Below, piece after piece: positions 12,818 to 26,195 of a stretch of 64,000 bases of DNA (position 1 is the first letter of the stretch; the number at the start of each line of letters is the position of its first letter). The stretch is from the NCBI RefSeq assembly GCF_036971445.1, contig NC_091473.1, positions 87,420,001 through 87,484,000 on the forward strand, given 5' to 3'. The translations under genes were made by a program, and so were the position numbers. Origin of the DNA: Narcine bancroftii. Its lineage: Eukaryota. The notes below the pieces were generated by a model. That model was given only the letters and a program-made list of their open reading frames with translations. It was not told where the DNA came from and did not search any database.

Positions 12818-12970
12818 AATGGATTTCCAGCCCCTGCAGATGAATCTGGGTGAAGGTAATAATGTGGATACATGAACTGGAGAAAAAGCAAAAAATGGAT
12901 TTCCAGCCCCTGCAGATGAATCTGGGTGAAGGTAATAATGTGGACACATGAACTGGAGAAAAAGCAAAAA
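12818..12970. repeat. Tandem duplication, 76-bp unit x2
   Basis: atggatttccagcccctgcagatg... starts at 12819 and again at 12895. I see one mismatch between the copies. Confidence 0.9.
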
Positions 12971-13241
12971 AGTACATAAGGTATTGGAGACAAGCTTTAC
13001 AAACCCTGAAAACTTGAGGGGGGTGGAGAGTGAAGGCTGGTGGAGACAAAGTTTGAGGTAGGACAAAGTAGAGAGTGCCGTGGATCACAATGCCAACATA
13101 TAAAGAGGTGAAAAACCCTTTGATTTTCTGCAGGTCAGAAGATAAAATTTCAAGGGGACAGTAATCAAAGTGACATCAAGAAGATGATACGAGGTGGAAC
13201 CAAATGTCAGTAAGCAATTAATTTGAAGAGAGGCTCTAGAG

Positions 13242-16200
13242 CAGTGGTTCTCAACCTTTTTGCCCTGGACCCACTTTATTTAAAAAAAACGTACGCCCTA
13301 CCCTTAGCGGAAAAAAGTTATATATTCAAAAAAGTTTTAATTCAATCATTTACTGCTAGTGCTTTTCAATCCAATTAATGTAGGGAATACACTGGAACAC
13401 ATATTTCATATTCAACTACTACTTCAATATGTTAACCATCTCAAACACACATTCAACAAATGTCATCACTTCAGTGGGAACCTTGTCCCTGATGCCGGCT
13501 GCAAAATTTTTTTGATTCGAGGGACTAATTTTGTTAGTTTCAACCTTAAATCTCCACATTTTGTAATTTCTTGTTGGTTTCTCTTAGTTTATAGGAAATC
13601 ACTAACAGCACTGAAGGCACATTCTAATAAATAATACGATGGAAAATGTATTAATAGTTCCCTTGCTAAAGTAGTTGAGTTTAGGTATTTCTTTTCAATC
13701 TCGTTAGACAGCCATGGTTCCTTTCACTTTGAACAGGATTTTCACAGATTCATCATGTTGCAACTCAGATAACTCCTCTTGATATTGCACTGGAACTTCA
13801 AATAAGCCCTTCAGGAATGGCAGAGGGAAAATCCATTGCCTTTAAATCACAAAATCCATCATTGAAGTCAGTAACCAACATTTTCAAATGGTCAACAATG
13901 ATGTTTGTAGCAGCATTAGTCACCTCACACTTATCAACCAATAGAATTGACAAATTTCTTGCAGAAATATTCTTTTGGCAAAATTCTAGAAGTGTCGTGA
14001 ATCCAAATAGCTTTGTTTTTCCATCAATGAGTCACATTTGCTACTTGGAGTTGCTTGTCCAATGTACTTAGTTTCTCAAAAATGTCTGTCAAGTAATTCG
14101 CATAAGCTTTGCTGTCTGTTGTTAGCAAGAGCTTCATTTCAGGTTTGTCCTTCAAAAACTCGCTGAGGAGATCAAACAGTTCCATAAACCTTTTGATGCA
14201 GTTTCCCTTTGACAACCACCTTACTTCAGTGTGAAACAATAATCTCACATGTTCTGCATTTTTATCGACACAAAACTGCTTAAACAGATGTTCACATTGA
14301 TACACTTGATCACAGAATGCAGTATCTCGTGTTGAACAGGGGAAACTTGCTTGGCAACTAAGTTTTCTCGGTGGATCACACAATGCACAGTCAACATGTT
14401 TGGATTTTTATCCTCATTAATTTTAAACATTGTTTTTTTTTAAACCCATCATAGCAGGTGCACCATCTCCAGTACAAGATACAATGTTTCCTTTTGGTAT
14501 TTCATTTTCATCCAAATAATTTTTGAGCTTGCTATAGATATCAACTGCAGTAGTGGCTGTTTCCAATGATTCACAAAACACTTGAAACACTTCCTGATCA
14601 ATATATCTTTCGTATGCCAAATAACGGAGCCTCACTATCCCCATATAGTAGATTCCTCCAGTTGTATTGAGAACTTTTGTGATTTCAGCTTCTCAATAAG
14701 CTGTTTTTCAATTTTTTGATCCATGTTGCAGACAGTTCTATTACTCTATGGTAATGCTCAGACATCTTTGCATTCCTTTTGCAGGTTTATTACGGATTGA
14801 AACAGTTCCTCCCCAATCATATGATTCTTCCCATGTTTTGCTAACAGAGGAATTTCATAGCTACCTTCAAGGGTACGATTCAGGGGGCTGTAGTTTGCGT
14901 AGTGAATAATGAAGTGATTTTTGATCTATTTTCAAACTTCTCTTTCAGTGATTGAAAATATTCCAATTTCAAACTGACATAGTTAGGATGTTTTACCCTC
15001 AAATGAGCTTCAAGACGGCCTGCTTTCACTGATTCATTTGTCAAAGTCTGTTGGTAAAATAGGCAAAAAGGTGCACGTTCATCATGTTCGGCAGGTATAA
15101 ACCAAAACTTCAAGAACTCCCTGAATACTGAATAGCAACAAACCTTTTGCTTGCTTGGTCTGCTCATTTTGAATATACAATAGCATGAGCTCCCTGTAAC
15201 AGATTAATACAACAGCACGAGCTCCCTTAAACAGATTAATCAATATTTTATTGTCTTAGAATTGAAAAATGTAATAAAAGTAATGATCGAATCAAAGGAG
15301 GAATACTGACCTTAAAAAAAATGAAAAAAAAAAACTAGCGCGGTTTCTGACATTTTTTCCTTGCAGAAACTGCATCAAAACTGCGCCAGCCTCAAGCTTT
15401 ACTTTCTGGGGTCTCTTTTTTTTCCCCCCGATTTTGGTGTCTCCCTCAGGCTGGCACCTGGGGTGGACCCCAACAACCCCCACCACCCCCCCCCCCCAAT
15501 CAATATGCTAGTGCACAAAGATACATACAGATACAGGTTTCACTCACTACTGAACTGAAAAAGTAAAGGGGTATGGATGGAGACATAATTGTTGAGATCA
15601 TTTGAAATCCTTGTCGCCAATGAAATCATTTGGAATAGATGATAATAAGACCGGTCATAAAAGATACAATTATAATGTTAATCAAGTATAACAACAGTTA
15701 AAATAAGAGAAGCATCAGAAGAGCAAAAACACGTGTTATGAAAATAAAAATAACAAAATGACTTTACTTGGAAGTTACAGTTGTGATGTACTCACAGTGT
15801 TGCCAAGTCATATCTTTTACACCAACATAATGAGTCTATTTTTTCAAACCAACTTTTTAATTATTTCCCAAAATATTCCCATGCCCCACCTTTGAGGCAC
15901 ATGCCCCACCTTTGAGGCACATGCCCCACCTTTGAGGCACATGCCCCACCTTTGAGGCACATGCCCCACCTTTGAGGCACATGCCCCACCTTTGAGGCAC
16001 ATGCCCCACCTTTGAGGCACATGCCCCACCTTTGAGGCACATGCCCCACCTTTGAGGCACATGCCCCACCTTTGAGGCACATGCCCCACCTTTGAGGCAC
16101 ATGCCCCACCTTTGAGGCACATGCCCCACCTTTGAGGCACATGCCCCACCTTTGAGGCACATGCCCCACCTTTGAGGCACATGCCCCACCTTTGAGGCAC

Positions 16201-16423
16201 ATGCCCCACCTTTGAGGCACATGCCCCACCTTTGAGGCACATGCCCCACCTTTGAGGCACATGCCCCACCTTTGAGGCACATGCCCCACCTTTGAGGCAC
16301 ATGCCCCACCTTTGAGGCACATGCCCCACCTTTGAGGCACATGCCCCACCTTTGAGGCACATGCCCCACCTTTGAGGCACATGCCCCACCTTTGAGGCAC
16401 ATGCCCCACCTTGAGAATCTATG
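13242..16423 (-). mobile_element. hAT Charlie/Buster-type DNA transposon with decayed transposase
   Basis: TIRs CAGTGGTTCTCAAC and CTTGAGAATCTATG. TSD CTCTAGAG/CTCTCGAG. Minus-strand transposase fragments include a BED-like N-terminus (14880..15167), TGDGAPAM, HCVIHRENL, LLFHTEVRWLSKG and FPSYYLLECAFS. Confidence 0.92.
15881..16410. repeat. Perfect minisatellite, 20-bp unit atgccccacctttgaggcac x ~26.5
   Basis: Directly visible, with no variant units and no spacers. It abuts the hAT TIR. Confidence 0.98.
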
Positions 16424-16689
16424 CTCTCGAGTCATTCCTGGCTTCACAGAGTGAAAAGGGCCCAGAAAAAGCCCCAATAGGAGAAAAGTTAGTGTAGTCC
16501 CTGCAATCGTCAGTGCAGATCCTCTCCACTGTGCCATAACATGAACAGAATTCAGTGTGATTCAAGGAGCAGCTCTACTATTAGTGAAAGGAGGTGGTTG
16601 ATGAGGCAAGGCAGTGATATTCCCTGAACTGACAGCATGCATGCAATAATTTTAATCAATAAGGCAGTCGATCTCAATGAAGGTCAATG

Positions 16690-17420
16690 TCAAAAATGAG
16701 AGACTGTATTTTTTTCCCCCAATCTTTTTCACCATAGTACTGCATCTCACTCCAACATGAAAGTGAAGCTAATCTTCAGAGTGAATGGGAAACTGTTCAC
16801 CCACAATGGCTACACACCAAAGTTATACCAAGCTCAGTAGATTACGCTGCAGTTCAGCAATTATGCTTGTACTTGTACACCTATTCAGCTCCAAACCATC
16901 AACTCTTTTCTGAAACACATTGGAGGGTAAGTTTCACACACAATGTTCCCTGCTGATTTGTTCCTGCAGCACCACAATGTCCTTTGACACAAAAACTTCA
17001 TAATGCAACCCTGAAAAACAAACTACTTCTTATATCTACCTCATGGCAATGGCAGACATTGATATGCAATTCATCATTCCCTAGTTTGGTAGCCACAATG
17101 TCCTAATTTCTGACATTAGTTTCCTAAGAACTGCTATTCTAATCGGAGCTCTTTCATGGAAAGATTATAATCAGCTGGACAAAGAATAAAGAAGTTCAAG
17201 GACATGCTCAGTTTGCTTGAAGAAATGTTACATGTCAAATGACTCTTAGGAATCCCTGGCCTGGGACCATTCAGGTGTAAAAGCAACATTCAGGATGATG
17301 TTGAGAAACTCAGGTTAGCAACACAGAGAGACTCCACACAAACACCAGAAGGAGCTCTCGAACTCAAATCTACCCACCTGCCCACTACTTCAGAACTTCC
17401 TGTCCTATCTGTGGCATGCT
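16690..17420 (+). mobile_element. Highly decayed RTE-like LINE fragment
   Basis: Weak similarity to the RTE RT region (gaagctaatcttcagagtgaatgggaaactgttc) and a C-terminal CxxC-like segment. Confidence 0.4.
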
Positions 17421-18464
17421 GTATGAATCAGAGAAAGGGACAATGTCTGAAATTTGATAGTCAGATGGTTGAAAGCTAGATGAAAAAGGAGGAAGAGGTT
17501 TAATGTCTGGAAGAACACCTTTATTTCAAAATAGACATTCTATTTTCTATGGAAAATATTTTTTTTTAAATTTGGCAAAATTGTGGTAGTAAGAAAATTA
17601 ATGATAGTTTTGAAGCCAGGAAATTTATTACTTTTTGTAGAATGAAGGAAACATTTAAGATATTGGAAAATACAAGATTTTGTTACTATCAAGTTAAAAG
17701 ATTTTTTGTGAAATTTTTGGCCAAGATTTATTATTACCAGCAGAGACCGAAGTAGAATTATTATTATGTACTAGGGATGTAAAGAAATTTATTTCAGAAA
17801 TGTACAAGTTATTACAAAAGAAGGCTCACAAAGAGGGAGCTCAATAAATCAAGACATAAATGGGAGGTAGATTTAAATAAGCAAATAGATGAATGTAGAT
17901 GGATTCAGAGATGTAGAGAGAGTATGAAAAGTACAATAAATGTGAGATATCGGCTAGTTCAATATAATTTTATTCATCAATTATACTTAACATCACAAAA
18001 GTTACATAATATGAATTATATTTATTTAGATTTATGTTTTAGATGTGGACAAGAAGTTGGTACTGTTTTTGCATTCGACTTGGCAGTGTTCCACAATTAA
18101 ACCTTTTTGGCATGATTTGAGTAATTTATTAAAACAAATAACTGGAGTAAGATTCCCACAGGATCCAATGTTATTTTTACTGGGCGATGTTAGAGGAATT
18201 AAACCTAAATTAAAATTGAATATGTATCAAATAAAATGTGTTCAAATTGCTTTGGCAATAGTTAGAAAATGCATTGCTAAAACTTGGAAGTCAGATACCG
18301 ATTTGAGAATGGATAAATGGCTTGCAGAAGTTCAGAGTTGTATTCCACTTGAGAAAATTACTTACAATTTAAAAGATAAATATCAACATTTTGTGAAGCC
18401 CATATTTACAAACTGTTGGTATTCAAATTTAAACGCATCTCAAATATTCCCTTTCTATGAATAT

Positions 18465-19604
18465 TGATACGGGTTATATATTATATATAAATATGTTTTT
18501 AAAAAGAGATAAATTGTGGTGGTTTAGTGTAGGTCACTTTACAAACAGATACTTACACTTCACATCTCATTTAAAATGCAAGAGCTTTGCTGAAGCCAGA
18601 CATGCAGGCACCAGTGGCTTTGCAAAAGACAATGGAACTGCTTTGGAAGGAACTTCAGAAATGGAACAAAGTCCAGGCTCGAGTGCTGATAAAGATCTTT
18701 CAAGGATTGGATTTGGAGCCTTGGGAGGGGTCCTGGTGTTTACAAGCAGAGAGGAACAAAAACAGGATTCTTCTCTTGGGGGGGGGGGGGGGAAGAGAGA
18801 GAGAGAGAGAGAGAGAGAGATCAATTCTGCAGTAGCTTTTGAGGCTGCAACATGACAAGCTGACTCCTTGTTGAAAACCCCATTTTTAAGATATGTTGTG
18901 AGTTCCGAGCTTAGACTGTTGAAAACCCTTGTAGTCCTTACAAGAGGAAATAGCTGGCTCGAGTGTTTCTCCTGAAATAAAGGAAACAAGAGGAACTCTG
19001 TGGTGACCCAGATGAAAGAATATCATTTGGAAATCACATGATGGGGAAAGTTTCTTCAGCAAGACACTGAAATGACTGATTGGAAGAAATCAGTTTGTAT
19101 GTGTCCAACGAGCAACAAACATTTCTCCGAAACCAACCAGAACTTTCCTGAGCGGTAACCATTTACCTTTAAGCACCAGACCCTGGTGAAAATTCATAAA
19201 TGTTAAATTCTGTGCACAGTATAAGAATTGCCTGATACCGGTGAACTTGGAGGAGTGAGAATAGACAATAGGTGCTGGAGTAGGCCAATAGGCCTGTCAA
19301 GACAGCACTGCCATTTATCGGATCATGGCTGATCTTTCAATAACCAATCCCAGCCTTATCCCCATTACCCTGAACTCCCCTGCCCATAAAAGCAAACAAC
19401 TTCCCTGAACATATACACATTACATACACTTGTGCTTAGAATTAGAAGAGGGTTAAGTTAGGTTAATTTAAGTCAATAATAATGTTAAAGTTTGATCCTA
19501 TTTTTATGTTTAAAGAAAATTAAAAACAACTTTTGTTTAAGTAACCATTTGTCTTGGTGAATTTCTATCATTGCTGGGTTTTGGGGTCCTTTGGGCTCGT
19601 AACA
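18465..19604 (+). mobile_element. Solo LTR (family A) with internal G-run/(GA)n and a small CR1-tail insertion
   Basis: Inverted termini TGATACGGG...CTCGTAACA and near-TSD ATAT/ATAC. Homologous to 42900-43911 and 48389-49305. Confidence 0.8.
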
Positions 19605-19831
19605 ATACAATACAAACAAAAGTATCGGAAAGTGAAGTTCTCCCTTGGTGGTTTTCTGGTCTCTTTTCTTCTTTTTCTCCTTTGTTTTAGTTTGTAGGGG
19701 GTTGGGGAGAGGGGATTGGGGGGGGGGGTGGGTGGAGGGATTTAGAGGATGTTTTTCTTTCTTTTATATTTTGTTTTCCTTTTTATTTATAAAATACTGC
19801 ATGTATTTAGATTAAGTTTGAAATATTGTGA

Positions 19832-22782
19832 TGTAGCGGCGCTATGAGGGCACCACAACTCCCAGAAGGCATCGAACCGGCCATGTGACATCAGTGCATG
19901 ATTATGTCAGCAGGTGTCGTGTGCGTATTTCAGGCTTTTAAAAGGTTGTGCCGGTGATGAAGAGTAAATCCATTTGATTCAGTCTAGAAACCTCTTGTAT
20001 GGTTATTTTGTCGTGTCCACTGTGATTCCAGTGGCCACAACTGGTGACCCCAATGTATTTTTGGGCAAGCATGGACTCTGCAGCCGTTGCTGTGAAGCTA
20101 CCACCTTTCTGGACAGCTGAGCCTAAACTGTGGTTCCAACAGGCCAAAGCACAATTTCACCTTTGCAAAGTCAAATTGGATACCACTTGTTATTACCATC
20201 TTGTTAGTGCCTGGACCAAGCCATCGCTAAAAAGGTCGGTGACTTCCTACAGGATCCACCACACACCAGTAAGTATGACACTTTAAAAGCACTTTTATTA
20301 CATGTATTCAGTATATCCCCTAGGGAAAGGGGAGCCAAACTACATTTCGATAGGTTGGGAGACCATGCCCCTTCAGAACTAATGGAAGAAATGTTGTTCC
20401 TGGCAGCTGGCGAAAGACCCAATTTGTTATTCGAGCAGTTGTTTTTAGAGAAAATGCCAGATGACATTAGGTTCTTGTTATCAAAGTGTTCATTTGAAGA
20501 CCTAAGGGCTTTAGCAGCAGAGGCAGACATTATTTGGCTGGCTAAAAAGCATAGCAAGGAAAGACAAGTCTGCACAACCAACCCCTCCAATACTGACCCC
20601 GTGTCACACTCTAGTGCTCTTAGCACATCACTCCCTACAACCAGGCAATGCCCCAAGACAAGTAAGCAGCCTGTGGACACCTCATCTTGGTGTTATTATC
20701 ATAGGCATTAGGGAATAAATCCCTGAAAGAGCCTTCCACCCTGCCCATTTACGGGAAACGCCCAGGCCGACTGTCAGTAAGGGCTGCGGCATTTGGCAAG
20801 AAACATGCAAGCCTACTATATGTAAGGGACCAGTTGTCCCAATGAAAATTTCTGGTGGACATGGGTTCAGATGTTAGTGTATTTCCACCCACTGATTTTG
20901 AAACATGCCATCCTACCCTGGACCTGCAACTACGAGCAGTTAACAGTTACAATATTCTGACCTTTGGCACCTGGAAAATGAATGTCAAGTTTGAGAATCA
21001 TCTGTACATTTGCCCATTTATTATAGCAGCAGTATCCCAACCTTTTCTTTATGCAGATTTTCTTTGGGCTTATTAATTCCTCGTCGACTTAAATACCCCT
21101 GCTCTGCGCCTTCAAACATTAAGTAAACCAGTAGATGAATTCTCCAAGCTGTTGGAAGATTTCCCTTCAATTACTATTCTGCAAATTTCTACCTCCACTG
21201 CAAAGCAGTGTTACTCATCACATTTGTACTAAGGGCCCTCCTATCCTTGCTAAAGCATGTCACTTGCCTCCAGAGAAGCTGCATTTAATCAAGGAAGAGT
21301 TTGCCAAGATGGCAGAACTAGGCATAATATGTAGAATCCCTGGGCATCTCCATTACATATGGTCCTGAAACACAATGGAGGTTGGTGACCTTGTGGAGAT
21401 TACAGGTGACTTAACGACACCACGATTCTGGATCATTATCCGATACCTCATATTCAGGATTTCTTGGCTAATTTTCATGGAGTGAAGATCTTCTCCAAAT
21501 TAGACTTGGTGCGTGGCTATCACTAAGTACCAGTAGAGCCAAAAGACATTCTAAATATAGCAATAATTACCCTGTTTGGGTTGTTCGAATTTTTATGAAT
21601 GCCATTTGGATTAAAGAATGCCACTCAATATTTCAATGGGTGATGGTTGCTTTAGGACGTGGTATGACCAATGTCTTCATTTACCTTGACAACATGTTAG
21701 TGGCCAGGGGGACTAAGGAAGAACTTTTGGAACATCTTCATACACTTTTTATTCATCTTCAAAAATTTGGACTGACCATCAATCCAGATAAATGCATTTT
21801 TGGACAATAAATTATTGATTTGCATAGGATTACTCAGGAAGGTAACTCTGCTGTCATCCAAAGTTGAGGCAATTATCTCAATTCCTGAGTGACTCATTTT
21901 AGTTTACTGGCACACATTACTTCAGATAGAGAACAACAATTTACTTCCTCGCTGTGGATGGCCTTGTCTCACTGTATGGATACAACAATTCATCATATGA
22001 ATGTCTATCATCCCCAGGCCAATGGAATGGTGGAAAGATTCAATTGACATCTCAAGTCAGCCTTGATGGTTTGGTTAGAGGGCCCGAACTGTCCTAGGTA
22101 TTACTGGGCATTAGAACAACTCCAAAGGAGGACCTTCAAACTTCATCTGCCAAGCTCATGTACGGCATTGGTAGTTTCAGGGGAGTTCATTCCTAACCAT
22201 TCCAACTCCAGCAATAATCCTAAGGAACTGTTGAACAGGGGAAGGGAGACCGTAGGAAAATTGACCCCTATACCACCATCGTTACATGGAGAACACTTCT
22301 TTTGTGCCTGAAGACTACAAAAACTGTGAATTATGTCTTCGTCCGACAGGAAACACTTGGTCAACCTATACAGATGCCCTACAAAGGACCTTATAGGATA
22401 CTCAGACAAACTAGGCCGACCATATTTTGGGCATTGGAGGGAAGCCACAGTCTTTAACTATTGACAGACTTAAATCAGCTCATGTGGACAAGTCTTCCCC
22501 ACTGCAACAGCCACAGGGGTCAACAACCTAAAAGTCAGATAAACCTTTCTGCCAGTTCTGGTGGGGGGGAGCTGTGTAGCGGCACTTTGGTGGCACTACA
22601 ACTCCCAGGAGCCTTCGAATCGGCCATGTGTCATCAGTGCATGATGACATCAGTGTGTGTCGAGCATGTGATTTGGGCTTTTAAAAGGTTGCATGGGTGA
22701 AGAAGAGTAAATCTGTTTGATCCACTCTAGAAATGCCTTGAGTGGTTATTTTGTCATGTTCACTACGATTCCAGTGGCCACA
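19832..22782 (+). mobile_element. Gypsy LTR retrotransposon (gag-PR-RT-partial IN, internally deleted, decayed)
   Basis: LTRs 19832-20039 and 22575-22782 (TG..CA), exact 4-bp TSD GTGA, PBS TGGTGACCCC and a G-rich PPT. Motifs: gag KLPPFW..WF, RT MPFGLKNA/YLDN, IN YHPQANGMVERF. Confidence 0.95.
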
Positions 22783-24149
22783 GTGATATGTTTGTTAAGT
22801 GGTTTTATATTAAATAAAATTTAAAAAAAGGACATGGCCAACACAGCTTATGTGGTCTGTAGAGATCAACTTGTTATAAAACCCACCCTAACAGCTGAAT
22901 TCGCCTGACCCAGTGCTGTCCAAGACACTGGCCTTTTGTCGCTACCTGGGAATTCAGATGTCATTTGTGAGTAAACGTGAGACAGCATTCATGGGCTCAC
23001 AAGTTGCATTACATTCACATGCAGGTGCACTCAGGCGTGTTTTTTATTTAGCAATAGAATATACAATGATCTGTTCTTGGATTGTTTTGCCTTTGCTTCA
23101 TGAATGGCTACAGATTTTTTTTCAATTTATGGGTACAACATTTATTCATATTATCAGAGCAAAAGATTGTTTCCAGCTAAAATACCTGTGGCTGGTAACC
23201 AGTTCTTTTGGACAACATTGTCCAAATACTTATACATTATATCAACAATGAGTCTCATTTGCTACCACTCCATAAACCATATTAACTAGTCTCTGATCAT
23301 GATGGAGATTTTCTTAACCCTGGTGAAGTACTGACTCTTGATGAGGTTAAACTCCATATTAGCAACAATTCTCTATCACCTTGGTTAAATGACAAATCTT
23401 CCCATCAGCAAGGGTCAATCATGGGTCAGATCTCAGCAGATCAACACCCTCTCCTGCAGCAATGAGAGAAAAGTCATCACTGCAGGGAACCAGATCTGGT
23501 TTTCACTTCCTTAACCCTTGAAATAATGAATTAATTTTACTGATTCTGCCAAATCTCCAACTGAGATCTGCTGACACAGTAAAGACCAGACTAAAACTAG
23601 GATATTTATAATTTCTAGAGTTCAGCTCCATACCAGACAGCCTGTTGATCAATGAGCCATTGGAAGAACCCTCATTCATCCATTAAGCAAACATTGGCAA
23701 GCCTAGCCCAAAGAATTAAATAACCAGAGGCTCCAAGTCATCTCCAATAATCAAAATCACAACCTATTCTGATCCAAATGTTTCAAAGGATACTGTTGCT
23801 GCAATACAAATGGCATCACTGAACTTCTTAACTGCACGTTGTGCCTTATTGGCTATTATTAGCACATTGAAAGAGAAGTGATGAAGGCAAGAACATTGGA
23901 TTGCTCTTAAATGCCACAGTCCTCAGACATTTGTAATTACTAAAACTTTTTGGTGAAAAACTTCCTTAGGTAAAGGCAGCAGTCCTTTGTACAAGGCCTC
24001 ACAAAAAGCAATGAGATGAATAATCAACTTGGGCAAAGCTAGTTGGGATCGAAAATTGACCAAGCCAAATTTCCTGTCTGTGGCTTTTTGTATTCACTTG
24101 GTCTCCACTATTGTGCCCCCCGCCCCCTTTGGTACTTCATTACCCTCAC

Positions 24150-24890
24150 CTATAGATCTGAAGGTGGATATATTCAAAATGTCCTTAGTCACAGGGGAGG
24201 TGCCGGAGCACTGGAGATAGCTCATGTTGTCCCGCTGTTTAAGAAAGTCTCTAAAAGTAAACCAGGCAATTATAGGTGAGTGAGCCTGATGTCAGTAGTA
24301 TATAAATTATTTGAAGGATTTCTGAGAGATAGGATATATAGATATTTGGACAGTCAACAGCTGATTAACAACAGTCAGCATGAATTTATGCGGGATAGGT
24401 TGTGTTTAACAAACCTTGTAGAGTTTTCTGAGGAAGTTACCAAGAAGGTTGATGAGGGAAAGGCTGTAGATGTTATTTATATGGATTTTGGTAAGGCCTT
24501 TGACAAGGTTCCACATGAGAAGTTGGTTCAGAAGGTTAGAACTCCAGGTATACAAAGAGAGGTTGCAAACTGGATTTGAAATTGGCTTGATGGAAGAAAA
24601 CAGAGAGTGGTGGTGGATGGTTGCTTCTCAGACTGGAGGTCTGTGTCAAGTGGGGTGTCTCAGGGATCTGTGTTGGGACCACTATTGTTAGTTATCTATA
24701 TAAATGACCTGGATGATAAAGTGGTGAACTGGATCAGCGAGTTTGCTGATGACACAGGGAGGCATAGTGGACTGTGAGGAAGATTTTAAAAGCTTGCAAA
24801 GGGATCTGGACCAGCTGGGAAATTGGTCAGCACAGACCGGAAGCGTCGAATGGCCTGTTTTTCTGTGCTATAACAGTCTACGATTCTCTG
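24150..24890 (+). mobile_element. Decayed CR1 LINE, internally deleted
   Basis: KPGNYR, CLTNLVEF and MDFGKAFDKVPH motifs, followed by a CR1 3' tail. Confidence 0.85.
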
Positions 24891-25779
24891 GTGTGCAGAG
24901 ATGATCAGAGTTTAATCAAAAGTAAAAATCAGATCAAAACAATATTGTGAGATAGGTTATAATTACCAAATGAGATTCACAGAGCATAAAATAATAAATG
25001 AACAGTAACAGGAACAAATTGTGTACACAACAAAACATGTGAGATGGGAAATGCATAGGGTAGGGAGCAAATTTTCAGTTAGTGGTGTGCTCTTTTGTAT
25101 TTGATAAGTTCCCTGCCTGGAAGACAGCCTGATTGATAACGTAATTTCCAGGCTGATGGAGAGAAACCAAAAAGGACAAATCCAATGCCACTCTTAGAGC
25201 TGCAATACGGTGGACTAGTCTGTTGATGTATGGCTGAAAACTTCAAACCATTGCTGTTCCCCCCCACAAGAAGGGCTGCAAAAGCATTTGATCTTATCCC
25301 CAAAGCTATTCTTTCCATTTTTGGGATCCGGCTGGCCACAATTAAATTGCAGACTTGCATCACAAGCAGACAGTTACATTAAAATGAAATTACTATTGGT
25401 TGATCTGTTGGGAAGGTCTGATGACGAATCCCTAGCCCGGTCTCTAATAAAACAATGAAGTTGCAGGAGTTGGCTTTCAGATTTTAAAAAGTTTAAATGG
25501 CTGGTGTTGTTGCTAGGAAAATTGAATGGGAGTAATTTTGTTTTCAACTTCAGTATAACAGGAACTGGATACTATCTAAGGCTACTAATCCGTGATTGTG
25601 ATCCACTGACAGCTGGCTATAGTGTCGAAAAGTTATCTACGCATTCACCAGCAAGATATTTGACTTCAATTACATGAAACAACTCAAAACCAGGTGGAAT
25701 TTTGACAAAGTCCATTCTGTAATAATTCCCTCCTGAAGGTATCACATTCAACTTCTAAATGGGTACTTTATTAATGGTA

Positions 25780-26195
25780 CAGACTTTGTAGGCTGAAGGG
25801 CCTTTTCTATGCTCTATGATTCTATATAGAGGCAAACAGGTAGCAAGTTTGTAACAATTTTATTAAAGAGTATAGAGGGGTACAATGAAATAGGATTAGA
25901 GCAGGAAAGACTGGAAGGGTCAAACAACTGTTGCCGCAGATGGAGTGATTGGTTCTACTTCAATTAAATGGAGTTCAAAAATTAATCAAGAAGATGACGT
26001 GGACAGAGAATGAGAACATTTAAAAGTGCAAGAAATAAGAATTTGATGAACCAAAGTGAGAGTAAAGAGGAGAAAATTAAGCATTACTTCCTTTGGGTCA
26101 AAATGAAATTCTGTTTAAAAAAGCAATTAAGGAGGGAAACAGATTGTAGAAATTTACTACAGTCTCAGCATCTGCAGACTTGTGTTTCACCACAA
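25780..26195 (+). repeat. Copy 1 of a ~400-bp local direct duplication
   Basis: Aligns by eye with 28055-28450 and begins with a CR1 3' tail. Confidence 0.75.

Larger units (their letters stand above)
17430..22850 (+). mobile_element. L1-clade LINE 3' end, split by a solo LTR and a Gypsy element
   Basis: ORF2 C-terminal motifs HSTWQC..FW, LFLLG, CIAKTWK and IPLEKITY. The G/T-rich 3' UTR resumes at 19605 and again at 22783, ending in AATAAA plus an A-tract at ~22813-22829. Confidence 0.8.

Noticed and set aside
13620-15167. Domesticated Buster/ZBED-type gene
   Set aside because: Multiple stops and frameshifts with retained TIRs and TSD indicate a dead transposon.
15844-16537. Three long repetitive ORFs, or a CRISPR-like array
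   Set aside because: The ORFs are artefacts of a stop-free 20-bp tandem repeat. There are no spacers or cas genes, and the context is eukaryotic.
25079-25363. 94-aa minus-strand ORF as a candidate exon
   Set aside because: No recognisable motif in the frames I read and no clear splice signals.
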